Positions 41,340-56,000 of a stretch of 64,000 bases of DNA are shown here, in pieces. Location: NCBI GenBank assembly GCA_964035545.1, contig OZ037768.1, positions 2,016,741 through 2,080,740 of the forward strand, read 5' to 3'. This DNA comes from Bugula neritina (taxonomy: Eukaryota > Animalia > Bryozoa). The translations under genes and the position numbers were made by a program. The notes beneath the pieces are model-generated. The model worked only from the letters and a program-made list of their open reading frames with translations, did no database searches and was not told the origin of the DNA. Within the stretch, counting starts at the first letter, position 1. The number at the start of each line of letters is the position of its first letter.

Positions 41340-44300
41340 CAGTAGTAGTATTGATACCTTAACAGGGTCAAACTCTGGGTTAGTGATGTACTCTTTCCGA
41401 ATTTTAGCCATGACATGTGGAGGAATGTTATCTTTGTCATACTCTTTGAGCATCTGCAGGAATCCCATATCACCCAGAAGTTTCTTAGACGGGCCCCAGT
41501 AGTCTAGAATCTTCTGTCCAGAACCCGAAGGGTCGTTGACTTTTTCGGGCTTTATGTCTTTCATGACGCAAACGGCAGCCATGACGAGCTTAACACCGGA
41601 TGGTGGGCTCTTCATTGACTTCACAATGGTAATGTCAGCAGGCTGGAAAATAAATTAAACTAAATATATAAACAAAGAATATTTATCTACAATACAATGA
41701 ATATAAGTTGATATTTGGTGTATCAAGTATTGATATAATTATCATAGCATACTTTACAATTGCATTTTGATATTTTTTAAACAGAAAAAAATTTGCCACT
41801 TAAAAGATTTAGGACTATTGAAAATGTATAATGTTCTAAAAGCCAAGGATCAAAATTTAAAATATCATAAATATAAGATATATTTTGTCTAAATAAAAAA
41901 ATGGTGCACTTTGCAATTGCCCAATAAATCTCACTTTGAAAAAGCCAATACAAATAAAAATCTCAACCCACTGAATAGCACAATATAACAGTAAACTTAT
42001 TAGTTGATGTCTTCATACTTTCAGCGTATCCAAGGCAGCAAGGGCAGCCTCCAGAGCCGGGATAGCTTCGGCTAAGTCAGCCTCACATTCATCCTTCAGA
42101 GCCTGAGAACTTTCTGCCTGCTCATTGGCTACAGCCTCATCCTTCTGCACCACTTCACTTGTCTTCTGCACCTCTTTGCTCTCCTTCTCTATAACTACCA
42201 TCATCTTGTCCGTCTCTTCTGAAGACTTCACTAACTGTGGCTGCAGATCTTCCAGCTCTTTCTGCATGGCTGACACCTGTGGACACATTTACTAGTATTT
42301 AGAGGTCGCCTACCGACACCTGTAGACATATTTACTAGTATGTAAAGTCGTCTACTGGCTAGCATTTTATAAAGAGAGTCACTTACTGTAATCAGTGCAG
42401 TGTGGTGTGTACACTGGAAACATGTGTTTTATAATTTTGTAAAGAAATAGTAATATTCTAAAATGTAATTATATTTCAAAATAAAAAAAATACAATATAA
42501 AAATATTTCAAGGTATAATACGAGTAATATTATAAAATGACCTGAGATGAAGCAAAAGCAAGTTTTTCGAGACCAACTTCGTATCTCCTTTTTGCTTTCA
42601 TAGTTTCATCTTGCTTAGTACCGAGTAGACCTTTAAAGGAGCCGATAAGTTCGAGATAAGAGGTTGGTGTGACATAATTGTGACGTCCCAACTCTTCCAG
42701 ATACCGTGACGAGAGATCGTCCGCAGACGTATGGAAGGTTTTGCACAGAGAGACACATTCATGTTTCATCCAATCCTCCATCTCCAGACCCTCCAGGTAC
42801 TTGTTACCAACTTTCTCTAGAGCTTCTTCTGGCCAGGCTTGGAACCAATCTATAGTGCAGCAGTTGATGAGGGATGGGAATTGTCGCAGCCTGTTCAACA
42901 AAAGTTTAGTTGGGGTAAGTTTATTTTCAGCAACATGGCTTTCATGATAACATTAAACTAAGAGTAAAGCTGAAAAATCCAATACAATATTAGACTAAAG
43001 TTAGGTTTGCTCTGTCTTTATTGGAATAACACAATCTCAACATAAATGACTGTGAGATAGTCACTGTTAAGAACAATTTAAATGTAACCGTATAAGTTAT
43101 ATTATATAAACATATTATCTAGGCTCATCATTAACTTTGTGGGTCCAGAAAATCTGCTAAACCTGTATTCACTGAGCTGTGACCTAGTGTAGAGGAGTAA
43201 CTTATATAGCGCTGTCTTAGGAGAGGGGTTCAGTGTTCACCAACCTGTTTCTGAAGGCATCACCAATAGGACTAAAGGCTATAACGATGTGTAGATTCTC
43301 CTTGCACCTATTCACAAAGTATGTGAACAGCGCGAGGGGGGTAAAGTCAGCATTTTTATCATCTGTGGCAGCGGTTATGGCTGGTCTCACCAGCTCCATG
43401 ATATCGGCTTTCTCGTCCGTAGCAAACAGGTTGGGCACCTCCCCTGTGTTCAGCAGACTGTCTATGTCTTCCAGGAATGACTCCTAAATTTGGTAATAAT
43501 AAATTCAAAACATCAAATCACAGTTGAAAATTCACTCACCATCAACTTGGTAATTTTAAGCAACAGGTTAGTATTTCAACAATCAAAAATTAACAAAAGC
43601 AACAGCAGAAAGTGTTTAGAAAGTAGATAATACCATTATGTTTAATTATCATAGTTAATTTAAGTTAGTTTAATTATTATAGTAATATATAGTATTTAGT
43701 ACACATGTACTGTCATTCACATAGTATTATGCTAAAGTACACATGTACTATTATTTATATAGTATAATGCTAAAGTACACATGTATATAAACTGTTTGCA
43801 CCTGTTTAATCTGTGAGTCAGCAATCAGGAATGTCGTAGGTTTACCCTCGGCGCCAGCCTTTTTCATGACCCCTTTGATGTCTTCACGCCACTCAAAAGT
43901 TCCGTAGTTCTTAGATATCTCGGGCTGAAAGAAGTCATAGCTGGCCATGGCAGTGGCCAACTTAGTTAAGGATTGTCTCCCACTGCCTCCGACTCCCACG
44001 AGTAGGGCGTGGCCGCCTAAACAACATGAAAATCTTTATAATAAGACACTCAAATAATAATGTTAGCTTAAAATTCTACAATTTTTTTAAAAGAAAACAT
44101 AAAAATATAATATAATGATACAATGTAATATTACACTCTAATATAACATGACAATACAATATAATCTAATTTAATAGTATAATATAATACGATATAATAT
44201 AATATAACATAATAATACAATATAATATGACATACTAGTATAATATAATATCACAATATAACATAATAATTAAATAATAATACAATAATTAAATACTGAT

Positions 44301-46986
44301 GCAATGCACAATACACTGACACCACACAGGATGTAGGCCACACCTACCAGGAGACCGTAGAATTCGGCACATCCTGGACAGATGTTCGAGTACGTATCTG
44401 AATATAACCAGATTCATTCTATTCTTGTGAGTGTTGTTATACTCCTCTAAGCATTGCTCTGCCACTTTGTAAAACTCGTCTATGGAGAATATTTCAGCGT
44501 ACACTCTGTCTTCAGGCTCAGCATCCGGTAGCATGTAGTCTCCTGCAGCAATGTAATACACCGTCTTATTGGTGGAAAACATATTTACAGTGCAACATGC
44601 AATTATATTGGAGGGAAATTTCAACACACTATCTTATTGATAGAGAATATGTCCATAATGTAACATACTATTCCATTGAACGAAAATGTATTGACGATGT
44701 AACATGCAATTCTATTAAAGGAAATGTATTCACAATGTAACAAACAATTCTATTGGAGGAAAATTTCAACACACTACCATATTGGTAGAAAACATATCAC
44801 TAATGTAACACACCATTCTATTGGTGAGAAACGAATCAAGAATGTATTGATGTGCCAGGTTATGATTGTATGCAGCAATAATAAATATCATCACTATTTA
44901 TCCAAGTGACGAAATTTATTTTAGTTCATCTATTTTTGCAGTTTTTATTAATTAGAACATTGACTAGAATAATAAGAATAATCAATCACTAAAGTATTAA
45001 TGTACAAAAGTAGTAGCTAAAATCGAACCGACTAAAACATCAAAAACAGTAACAACTACACTATTAAATAGTCCTTGGGCCCGACTACAGACACAATACA
45101 TACCAAACATGAGACTCCTCAGGTCAATCTCCGTGACCTTGGAATCCTCTGTAAGATGGCCGAATACTGTATCAAAGTTCTCCTTGAACTCTTCCTTCAC
45201 CAACTTCCTCATGAGAGAGAAGAGCCACGCTCTGTCGCTGTCGTCCGTCAGACGGTCGTAGAACACTCGGAATACTTCGTGCACCCAGAGTCTGATCATC
45301 ACCTTCTTATCTTCCACCTGTTTACAACAGAGTCGTCTTCACCTGACTATTCACTTCACACAGCACTAGAATGCTACTAGAAACTCCATATGTATATTAT
45401 TCCAAACTAAGACTGTAGTTAGTGCTGCTTGATGATTTGTTCAGTTTATATACTGAAGCTTACGATTGAAAAGAGAAAATGATATCTCATACAGTGTCTA
45501 CGTGAGCTATTTTATAAAGAACCCAAATGGACACGCTGTTCAGAACCATAAACCATCATACAGTCAAACTATTTACACAACTATTTCAGCATTCATCAAG
45601 TCATGATAATATTGTAACATAATTAACTCTTTGATCCTTATTTATGACTCAGTGACTGACAAATGTAAACAAAAAACAAAAAGTCTCCTAATCTTAAAAT
45701 ATAAATTTAAGCTTCTAGGAAACATTTTAAGGAAGAAAGTGACAACCTAAACATGTTAAAACATTTACACTGCCAAAACTTCAGTCTAGAAAAATATTAA
45801 CAAAATGGGAAAAATATAGGCAATGCATGAAAACTAATAGAAAGGGTTTAATTTAGCACTTATATAACTAATTAAAAATATTCTCAGCTGATAAATCTTA
45901 CACAAGTAGTACTTGAAGTAGTACTTGAAGTACCTGGGGTTTCCTGATGAGACAGACTCCAAGTATGACTCTGCTGAAGTCTCTCAAGTTGAACACGTAG
46001 TGAGACTTGGCAGGGGTGGGCAGCAACTGGAGCATTGCTTCTTTGTACACAGTGAGTGTGGCGCTCACAATCAGGTTAGCTGTAACACACAGCATGTCCT
46101 TGTATTACAATACGTTACATAGTAGGCAGTGTAGAGTATGTAATAACATAAAGTGTTTATAACAAGCCCTGCATAATGTGCAAGTAAATATACTTTAATA
46201 ATGACGATGTGTATACATTCACATTAGATATCTTATGGGCTAACACATCATATGCTTATAGTTACCAGTACTTATAATGAAGTGTCAACATATATGCATC
46301 AAACATTATCTAGGGCAAAAATTTGTGAATAAAGAAAAATTAAAGAAAGGTATACATAAGAACTACACTTCAAAAAAGACAAAACAAAAGTTCACAAATA
46401 GAGGATACATAAACATAAATAGCACATCAAACACTATATTATAAGTGTAAATGTAATATATATGAAAACAATTATTATTTTAGACCAAAAAGCTTACAGC
46501 CAATGAATGACTGTATTAATAACTCACAGCCAATAAGAATCTGTATTTGAAAATAAAACGTATAATAAACAGAATCTCCTACCAACGGTGAAGAAGTCGG
46601 GAGCAAACTCTTGACGTCTGAAGTACGTAGTAACCAGAGTGGAGAAGATCTTAGTCATGGCCTCCTCGTTGAATGGAGTGATGCTAACAATGTTGAAGTG
46701 GCGCAGGAATCTCGGTGTGACGTCGTTTCTGCCACCCCCGGGAGGTCCCATGGCGGAGATGAACTGAATGTCTTGTAAGACTAACTTACTGGTGTCCTTC
46801 ACGTCGTACCTACAGGTGTAAACATGTAAGTGTATAACTGTGTAAATATATACAAGCAAAATCTAAATATAAATAAGCAAAACCTACGCGTAAATACATA
46901 TAAGTAAAATATACGAGTAAATACACATCAGTTGGAGTAATTGATTAAAACAGCAGTTATAGTAGAACTAATGTATACTATCAGTA

Positions 46987-47019
<33 letters not shown>

Positions 47020-50000
47020 CAGTAGTAGTAGTAGTAGCAGTAGCAGTAGCAGTAGCAGTAGTATATACTCCTAGTAGAATCGTAGCATATACTATCAGTA
47101 GCAGTAGTAGTAGTAGTACATACTACTGCTACTAGTAGTATATACTCCTACTAGCAGAGTAGTAGAAAGATATACTACTAGTAAAAGTAGTAGTAACAAC
47201 ATGGACCTACCAATTGCCCTGATCCAGGTACTGTCGGAGAAGCTCTATAGGAGGCTGAGCGCCGTATATCTCTTTGGCCGGCATGTTCAGATCATCAACA
47301 AAGATGATGCATTTCTTACCCATTGGTGGTCCAAACACACCCTTGCGCCGTCTGTCTAACTTAGACATGATGATGAACTGAGTTTGGTTGGCAGACGTCT
47401 GAGCAGACATGTTGACAAATGACGGCAGGTACTCCTCCTTGCTCAGGCCATTCAACATCATATCCTGTACGTAGGCACTCTTACCTTTCAGAGGTAAGAA
47501 AAGCATTTTCATGTAGCACAATAAGTTATATATTTTACAAGCCCTACAATGCAGATACATTACAACACAAAATAAATCCTGCTACATGATACAGTAACCA
47601 TAATATTTTGCTTAAAAAGTAAAAACCAGAAAGAGGATCATTTCTAGAAAGAACTTTCTAGAAACATTTAGCAAACTAGAATTTCTTTGACACCGTTTGT
47701 AGCTGTACTCAGACACACTCACATACACTCGTGTTACAATCGTCAATAAGCAAATATGGCTTCTCACTTCTCAGCCATACTCTCTCACTGAATCATGTAC
47801 ACACCTGTCCCTGTGGGTCCCACAAACAGAATGGGAATCTTGAAACTGATACAGAACTTCATAAGGTAAGTATATCTGACAGTGTCAATAGTCGGTACCA
47901 GAATCTGTCTGATGGGTGTAGAAGCAGGAATAGTTGAGGTCTTAATGTAGTCATTCCAGGACTTCCAGCTACCCCTCCCACCTCTCATCTAAATAGTTTA
48001 GTAAATACTTTGACTAGAATGCACTAACGCAGCTTCGTGTTGAAAAAGAATTTTAAAATAAAACCTAAAGTCTTATGTTAATAGGATATATGCTCATGTA
48101 AGATTGACGTATCATAGAATAAATTTTCTGCATTATAAGTTGCATTCTAGCTTCGAATGTAGATGTAGCTTACTATTTGTTTCAATCTTAGTTCAGACAG
48201 AAAAGTGACTTAATAAAAGTCGTAACTCATAGTATAAAACATGTCCAAAACAAACATACAAAAAGACAGCTGAAGTATTTCTATAAAGATATCTAACTAC
48301 TGAGGGGTACGATGAACTAATAGACGATCTACACACTTTCTACCACAGGTTAATGACTGATGCTAATATTTGATTACTAACACAAAGAGGTTCTAATAGA
48401 CCGAGAAAATTTCACTTAGTTTAGTTTAGCCGTCTTGCGGAAAAATTGAGAAACAGGAACAAATCAATCTTAAAATAATAAACGTGACGTAAAAGTCCTA
48501 CCATAAAACATATGAAGATATATTCAAGTAACAAAACTAATCGTAGAAGCAACAAATAAATTACGTAGAAAAAAAAAGTTGAGCAAGAAATAACAGAAAA
48601 ATGTGACATAATTATAATAGTTAGAGGTTGCTAAGTATAAGATATGACAATACAGGTGCGTGTTAGATGACTTACAGGTATCTGTAAAACATAAGAAATG
48701 CAATCATTATCACGTGAACACAACTCCAATAAACATAACTGACTTTAGCACTATATAAGAACTTGTCATCTCCAATTACAAGTGCATTAGACATTGTAAA
48801 AAAACTGCCTATTTTCTATGCTTTAGAAGCATGTATCATGAATATCTCAGACAAATAATTTATCAACAAATATAACTCTAATTTGTGGCACCTGATCTCT
48901 TAGCTGGAAGGAAAGAAGACACATCTATTAACCCTGACCCCATATAATGTGAGAAAAAATGGTCAGCCTTTGTTGCTTGGCAACCGCAAGTGTTTGCACA
49001 CATTGCATTATCTTGTAATGTGATTAAATCAAATGTTTCATCTCGAAATGTTTGTGTTTTCTATTTACCGACCAATATTTTCATTTCAGGATACTAAAAA
49101 ATGCAGAACAATATTTATTATTGCTAAAACATTGCAAATTATTATTATTTGCCAATGAAATACTTGTTGCTGAGTGAGGGAACAATACTTACGTCATACA
49201 TATAGTCGTAGACTGTGTTCTCATTGGGGAAAGGCAAGTCCATCTTCCCGATAGATTTCGGAGTTGGGTGGGCGTCAATTTTTCCCAGAGTCAATTCTTT
49301 GAGAAAAGCATCAAACTTTGTACGGCCATCTTGGTCACATGTTGCACCAATTGACCAGACAATGGAGAAAAGAAACTGGCCCTGTGATTGGATAAAGTAT
49401 GGTATATAAAAAACTAACTCCTGTGAAGTACTTGTGATTATATAGTATTAACAAACTATACATACTACATTATTATTTGAATAATTCAATTCCAATAATT
49501 CAACATCAATAGCACTTGATGCAAATAAAATTTGATTGGTTAAACTTAGCCTATAACACGGAACTTGAAAATAGTGAAGATTTATTACATATACAAATAC
49601 CTGGCCACATTCAATGGTCATTTTAGACAACAGGGAGATAGAAGAAGGAAAAGTGGAACAGCTAGTGAGATAGAAGAGTGAAAAGTGGAGCAGAGAGATG
49701 ACTTACGATAAGGAAGACTCGTAGGTGTTTGTTTTCTGCTGCCCCTTCAGCCACCAGCACCTCATCCAGCAGCATTCTCACCCACCTCATCAGAGACCAG
49801 ACCAGATTCTGTGTCTTAGATGGACTGTATTCCTAAAAAGATGAGAGGAAATGACTGTCACCATGGAAACCAAATATCTCAACACCCAACTCTCTGCACA
49901 ACATGCACTAACATAAATGTTTCTTTTCTATAGCTAGAGTTGCTCTCTCGATAAAAACTGATAGTTTTCAGATACCTTAATTCTATTTTATTACCCAATA

Positions 50001-53000
50001 TATAAGCAAACACATAATTTTAATTTTAAAAGATGCTTTTTCTTGTATGCTTAGTTACATAATTAAGATGCAAATAAATATTGTGGTCATGGCAGCCAAC
50101 ATATTATAGCAGGGTAATATTTGAGTTACTAGCTATACTATACATCATATTGTGATCATAAAACTACATTCACAATATTATAGGGTAGCAGTATTGGCAA
50201 AATTCGCGTGACAAAATAAAGTAAAACAATAAGAGATGGTGCTGACAATAAAAAGCATTTCTTTTTATAAATAAAATGAGTGAATTTAGGAGATAGTTTG
50301 TGCCCTCAAAAGAGAAGATAACTTACCATAATAGACTCATTCTACGCAATAGATAAGGCGTAATCAGTATGCAACTCTGCATGATAAGAAACTAAAAGCC
50401 TCATTTATAAACAGAGTCAAAATCTGTTTACAGTTTACACACTAATTGCATAATTTCATATTACCATAAGGGAATATTGCGTATAAAATTCTGTAGAAAG
50501 ACTCTAATAGAGCATGTATAGAAGTAGAAATATATAATTTTAAAGCCTATCACTTTCATAATAAGCGTTTTGAAGCCTCATTGCATGAATAAAAAGTCAA
50601 TTTTCTTCCCTATATGAAAATTCTTCAATGCCCCAGCATAAAACTGATGTACCTTTGTATTCTTTCGTATGAAATCTATTGAAGGATCTACCAGCCAATC
50701 AAATAAGCCCTCAAGTAGTTCCATTAGCTCAGGATTCTCGGAAATTGGCGCCGGAAGATCCTGCATCCATGATTTAGCTAAGGGCTTCCATCCGAGAGTG
50801 CTGGGCTCCAGGTATATCATACCACAGCGGCTTACCGTGGCAGGCTGTAAGGTAATATGAGTTTTGGTCAATGTCATAACAACTTATTCCACATTCATAT
50901 TGAGAATTTATACAACAGTAGATGGAGCGCTGTTTAGTTTGTGCAATTAGCATACGTAAAGAGGTAGAACACATTTCCATCTATAACCACTACTTGCTAA
51001 GTTATTAGTAACTATGAATGATGACTATAACTGGTTGACTTACAGAGGCCTGTGACAAGTCCATAGTTTCGAATATCAGACTCATGACGTTGGACATCTG
51101 AATTATCTCCCCGCTCATGAGACACAGCTTCTTGTTGTCGTCTAGCACAGTGTTCATGTTCTCAATCCAGACGGCATCAACAGGGCCGTCAAACAACACC
51201 CACTTCCTGTCCGGGGTGTCTGTAGAGGCAAACTCTCGGAAGGTGTTGGCAGTTATACCGTCAGTCCACTGAAAGTATGCATATCCGTGTAGAGTAGACA
51301 CATAGCAGATGACAACCTAATGTAGGTATATTCGTGTACAGTAGACACATAGCAGATGACAACCTAATGTAGGTATATACATGTACAGTAGACATATAGC
51401 AGATGACAACCTAATGTAGGTATATACATGTACAGTAGACATATAGCAGATGACAGCCTAATGTTTCAATAAATCTATGCTATAGATTTAAATTTTAATC
51501 TGATTTTAAATTTTCTCAAAGAGACTTAAATTTAATGAAACATGAATTTAGCATTATTCAAGTAAAATTAAGAATCCATCATTACTTATAATATGGTCTG
51601 TCGAAAAATAAATACAACACACCAAATTTAGATATAAGAAGGGATTTAAACCATATCTTTTTATGTAAGACAACATTGAGAAATGCCATATATTGGAATT
51701 TGCTAAAAGCTCTTTATATAATATGCTCACTGACAAATATGTAGGACTTGAAACATTATGCAGGATAAAATATATTTGTTTGGGAGTTGTTTACACTACC
51801 TGCCCTTGCCCATCAGACTCCTGTTTTTTTGATTTAAACAAAATAAATTAATAAAATATGAGAAAAGCTCTGAACTGACCAATAAAACTAACTTAAAACT
51901 TTGTAAACCCTGCATCTGAGAATTTTTGTAGATAGAAATAATTTTATTGTATAATCATTTGATTAAGTTTCATTAACATGACAAAAGTTAACTATTTTTC
52001 AACCATATAGAGCCCGAGAAATCAAAAACAAGTAATTTTTATTTCAAAAGTGATATAAATTATTATCATGCTCAATGCTTTTATTAGCTTGACTAGTGCT
52101 ATGTGCGAACAATGATGGCAAAAGGATGTGAGATAGTTACCTCATGAGAAACTGGGTCAAACTGACCGTACAGCTGACCCATAGTGATGGACTTGGGGTT
52201 TATAATCTTATACATAACTTTCTCGTACTCTTCCTGGTGACCTTCGCTGTTCAACAGTGTCATTGCTTCGGCTAAAGTCTGCAACACTTTAGTTTTCCCA
52301 CCCATTGGCTCACCAACCAACATGAAGCTGTAAATTAAATAGACACAGACTTGTATAGAAAGATGTTTGTCCCTCATTAGACTAACAGCAATTATTGCAT
52401 GGTTACTACTGCTTTTGCTGCCGCTATCACTACTCTGCCACTACCATTACCACTAACACTACCGCCACTGTTACTTTTACCACTACAACCACTAGTTACT
52501 ACTACTACAACCACTAGTTACTACTACTACTACTACTACTACAACCGCCACCACCACCACCCACACTTTCAGCACCACCACTTTCAGCACCACCACTTTC
52601 ACCACCCCCACTTTCAGCACCACCACCACCACTGCCGCCACTAGTATTAGCTCTACATACCCATGTCTCACTATCATCATCTCATACGTCTGAATGATCT
52701 TCTCAATAAAGCTGTCGGCTAGCTGAAGTTTGTTCTTCTCACAGACTCTATTGACAGCGCTGAGGAAAAGGTCATAGTCTGCTTTGGGCAGCTCGAGGCC
52801 AGGAAAGAGGTCAGATATGATGCCGTTGAATAGAGGAATGTCGTGTGCTAAGAACTTGGGCAAGTTCACATCAATAATAGACCTGAGCAACTACAACAGA
52901 TAGTAGTGGTGCATTACAATATCAAGTAGTCTGTAAGGGTGGGGAGAAGGGGAACCCAATATCTACAGGAGTTCTCAAACAGTCTTAGGTTATTTAACAT

Positions 53001-56000
53001 TTTATAATATGGCTTAAAAGTATTTATTTTGTATACTTTTTCAATCTCGATCAGGACAGCTCAACCATAACACTATTAAGAATTATCTATAATTTTATTT
53101 TACACCTACAAATTGATTTTTATTGAATTTTTTTTTAAATGCTTGCAATTAGTCTTCTATAGAAATTCAATTCCATTAGTTTATAACTGAACAAAAAATT
53201 TTAAACAATTACAAACTTTATAAACTCTATTAAATAGCTGATTTGAAGAGAAGTTATCTCAAAAACCTACCAGCAAGTTTTCGTCATCATCTGGAAACTT
53301 GAGTTTAAGATTTCCTGCAGCCGAGAGCACAGTTTTCACAGCCCTCATTCCATAGTCGTAGTGAAACTGGCTAGACAACTGCTCAGAACACAGTCTATAA
53401 GTCGTCACAATCTTCACAGAGAGACTTCTGGCATTGAGGAAACCAAAGGAGTAGAGCGAGATCTCAGCAATCATAGCATAGTCTGGGACCATCATCGCCA
53501 CCGTTCTAAACAGTACCTGCAGAACAACTTCAGCTAAACTTCACCAGGACAGAAGTGAAATATATTATATATTATGTTATACTATATATTATAATATATT
53601 ACATTAATTGCATTTTTAAATATATAGAAATTTCAACTTTATTTGCTTTTAAATTATCATCAATAATAATATAATAGGATTATTTCAAGTTCAGGCAAAC
53701 TAAAAGCTTGATTTAGGTATGAAGAATCTTATTCTAGTTCAACAAGTACCATGCGAAATAAGAAAAATCATGAAAAGTTAGACGTGGCATCCAATATCTA
53801 CCTTGAGATTGTCGGGAAGTTCTGAACGACCAGCATAGCCTGGGTTCATAGTGATGCACACGTAGCAGTTAGGGTTGAGCCTCAGCTCCGTCCCTTCAAA
53901 CTCAAAGAACTCAGCCTTCTCTCTCACGGCTCTAATGATACACAGGATCTGCTGGGCTATCACAGACAGCACCTCCAACTCAATCCTGTTAAACTCATCG
54001 AAACACGCCCATGCACCGGCCGAGGCCAAACCCTTGAAAAACTAAAACAGAAACACCAAAAAGATTTAGCAATAAGGTTTAAAAGTTATGTTCTCCTGCA
54101 GCATTTTAGCTAGTCAAAGATTCAGTGTGACTTGGAACGTTTATAAATCAACTATTAAATACTTAGAGATGGTATGATTCCACACCACGACAAGTCTTGT
54201 AGCAAATGCAGAGAATACTTATAAAAATGACATTTACGTAAGAATTATTCAATATGGAGGCCACAAACCTTGCCCATGGCGATGTAGTCCAAGCCATCAG
54301 AGCAGTTGAACACCACACACTGAACTGCCAAGGCTTTGGCTAAATCTTTAGTAGTCTCAGTTTTACCTGTCCCAGCAGGTCCCTCAGGTGCACCATTCAA
54401 GTTCAGGTGGAAAGCACCGACCAAGGTACGATAACATCTGTAATATAATATAAAGTCTCTAATCCTGTGGCTAAATTTCTTAAAATCTGAAAACTTATTG
54501 ACTATTTTATGACACACAATACATATGTATATACACAGTATAACATATACATACATAATGTAACATACATTCACACACAATAGAACATATTCTATACTAT
54601 ACACACAATATAGCATATATACTGTACTAGTAGCCTATGGTCCAACCTGTCTGTTAAAGGGGTGATGACAAGACGCCCCGAGTTTCCAAGGTATTCATAA
54701 GCATATTTCACTGTGGCGTTGGTGATGCGAGAATAGCAGTTCTCTTCCTCCCAGTAGTACCGGAGTTGGGCCAGCCACTGGAAGTCGGTCTCGGACTCCA
54801 CCCCCTTGTTCACCATATCCTCGATCACGTCTCTCGCGTGCACGTCTATTACCACCAGAGCTCCGAGAGTCGTCCGGTTCTGTTTGCTCAGCTTCCCCCT
54901 CACCAACTGCACGATGTGTCCGAGCTGCTCGTCCAGTTTCTGCTTGTAGTCGGCCAGGCCGGCCGTGCCTCCCTCTAGGGCCTCGTGCACCTCTGTGGTC
55001 CAGTATATCTGTGAGACACACAGGACCACCTGGCCGGGCCAGTCCAGTACCCAGTCCTCACGTGCTTCTTCAGCGTACGCCTGTGATATTGTATAACAAG
55101 TCTTATAATAATATGCTGTTATACAGGCAGACATAATTTGATAATACTCTACTTAATTCTCTAGAAAAGTGATAACCTTAAACTCACTAGTACTTGTGTA
55201 TATGTAGTAACTGATAAGTTATTCACATTTGCATGAATTTAGTACACATGTACTTACAATGGTATTTATACAGCACTAGATCTTTAGTACACATGTACTT
55301 ACAGTGGTATACTTATAGTACTAGATATTTAGTACACATTTACTTACAAGCCTTGCTGCCTGGATAACCTCCCTCAGTGACACCAACATAACATCCTGTA
55401 CTTGCAGCAGCCACTTTTCAACAGCCCCTCTCGCCTCTGACGTCGAGATTGTGGAAGCCAGTTTCACCTGACAGCGCAAACAGCAAAAGTCAAAAATCAA
55501 AAAGTTTCAACAAACAATTAGAAAAGCTTTTACAATATCAATACAAAAACATTTTACAGATATTAAATGATTAAAATAACTAATTTGTCAAATAAATTTT
55601 CTCTTTCTTTGCTTGCATAGACTTATCAATGTTCATTTTGTGAAATTTCACTAAATTTATTGTTATTACCTTTTCACCCTCACTGGAGAACATGGCATGA
55701 ATGTCAAGCTTTTTATCAAACTCCAGTTTAGCGATTCCTTCAAAACATTTCTTAAGATGCGGCTGAACTCGGAGTGGATCTTTGGTCTCCGAGAGAATTT
55801 CCAGCATTTCGTCATTTGACAGGAAGAAGAATCTACAGAGTTCATGAACAATTCGTAATGTCATACATGTGGTAATGTTCAAGGTGTAGAGTATGTAGAG
55901 TATTACTTTAATAGAGTGTCTGTAGGTGCAGCATGTGTCGGGAGCAAACAGAAACAATGCACACTGAAAATGGCTGTGGATGACTAAAGATAGCTAAAGG

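Noticed and set aside
46495-46545. Two tandem AG-13nt-GT pseudo-microexons
   Set aside because: 13 nt is not frame-preserving, the acceptors lack pyrimidine tracts, and they lie too close to the real donor; this is a 30-bp local duplication.
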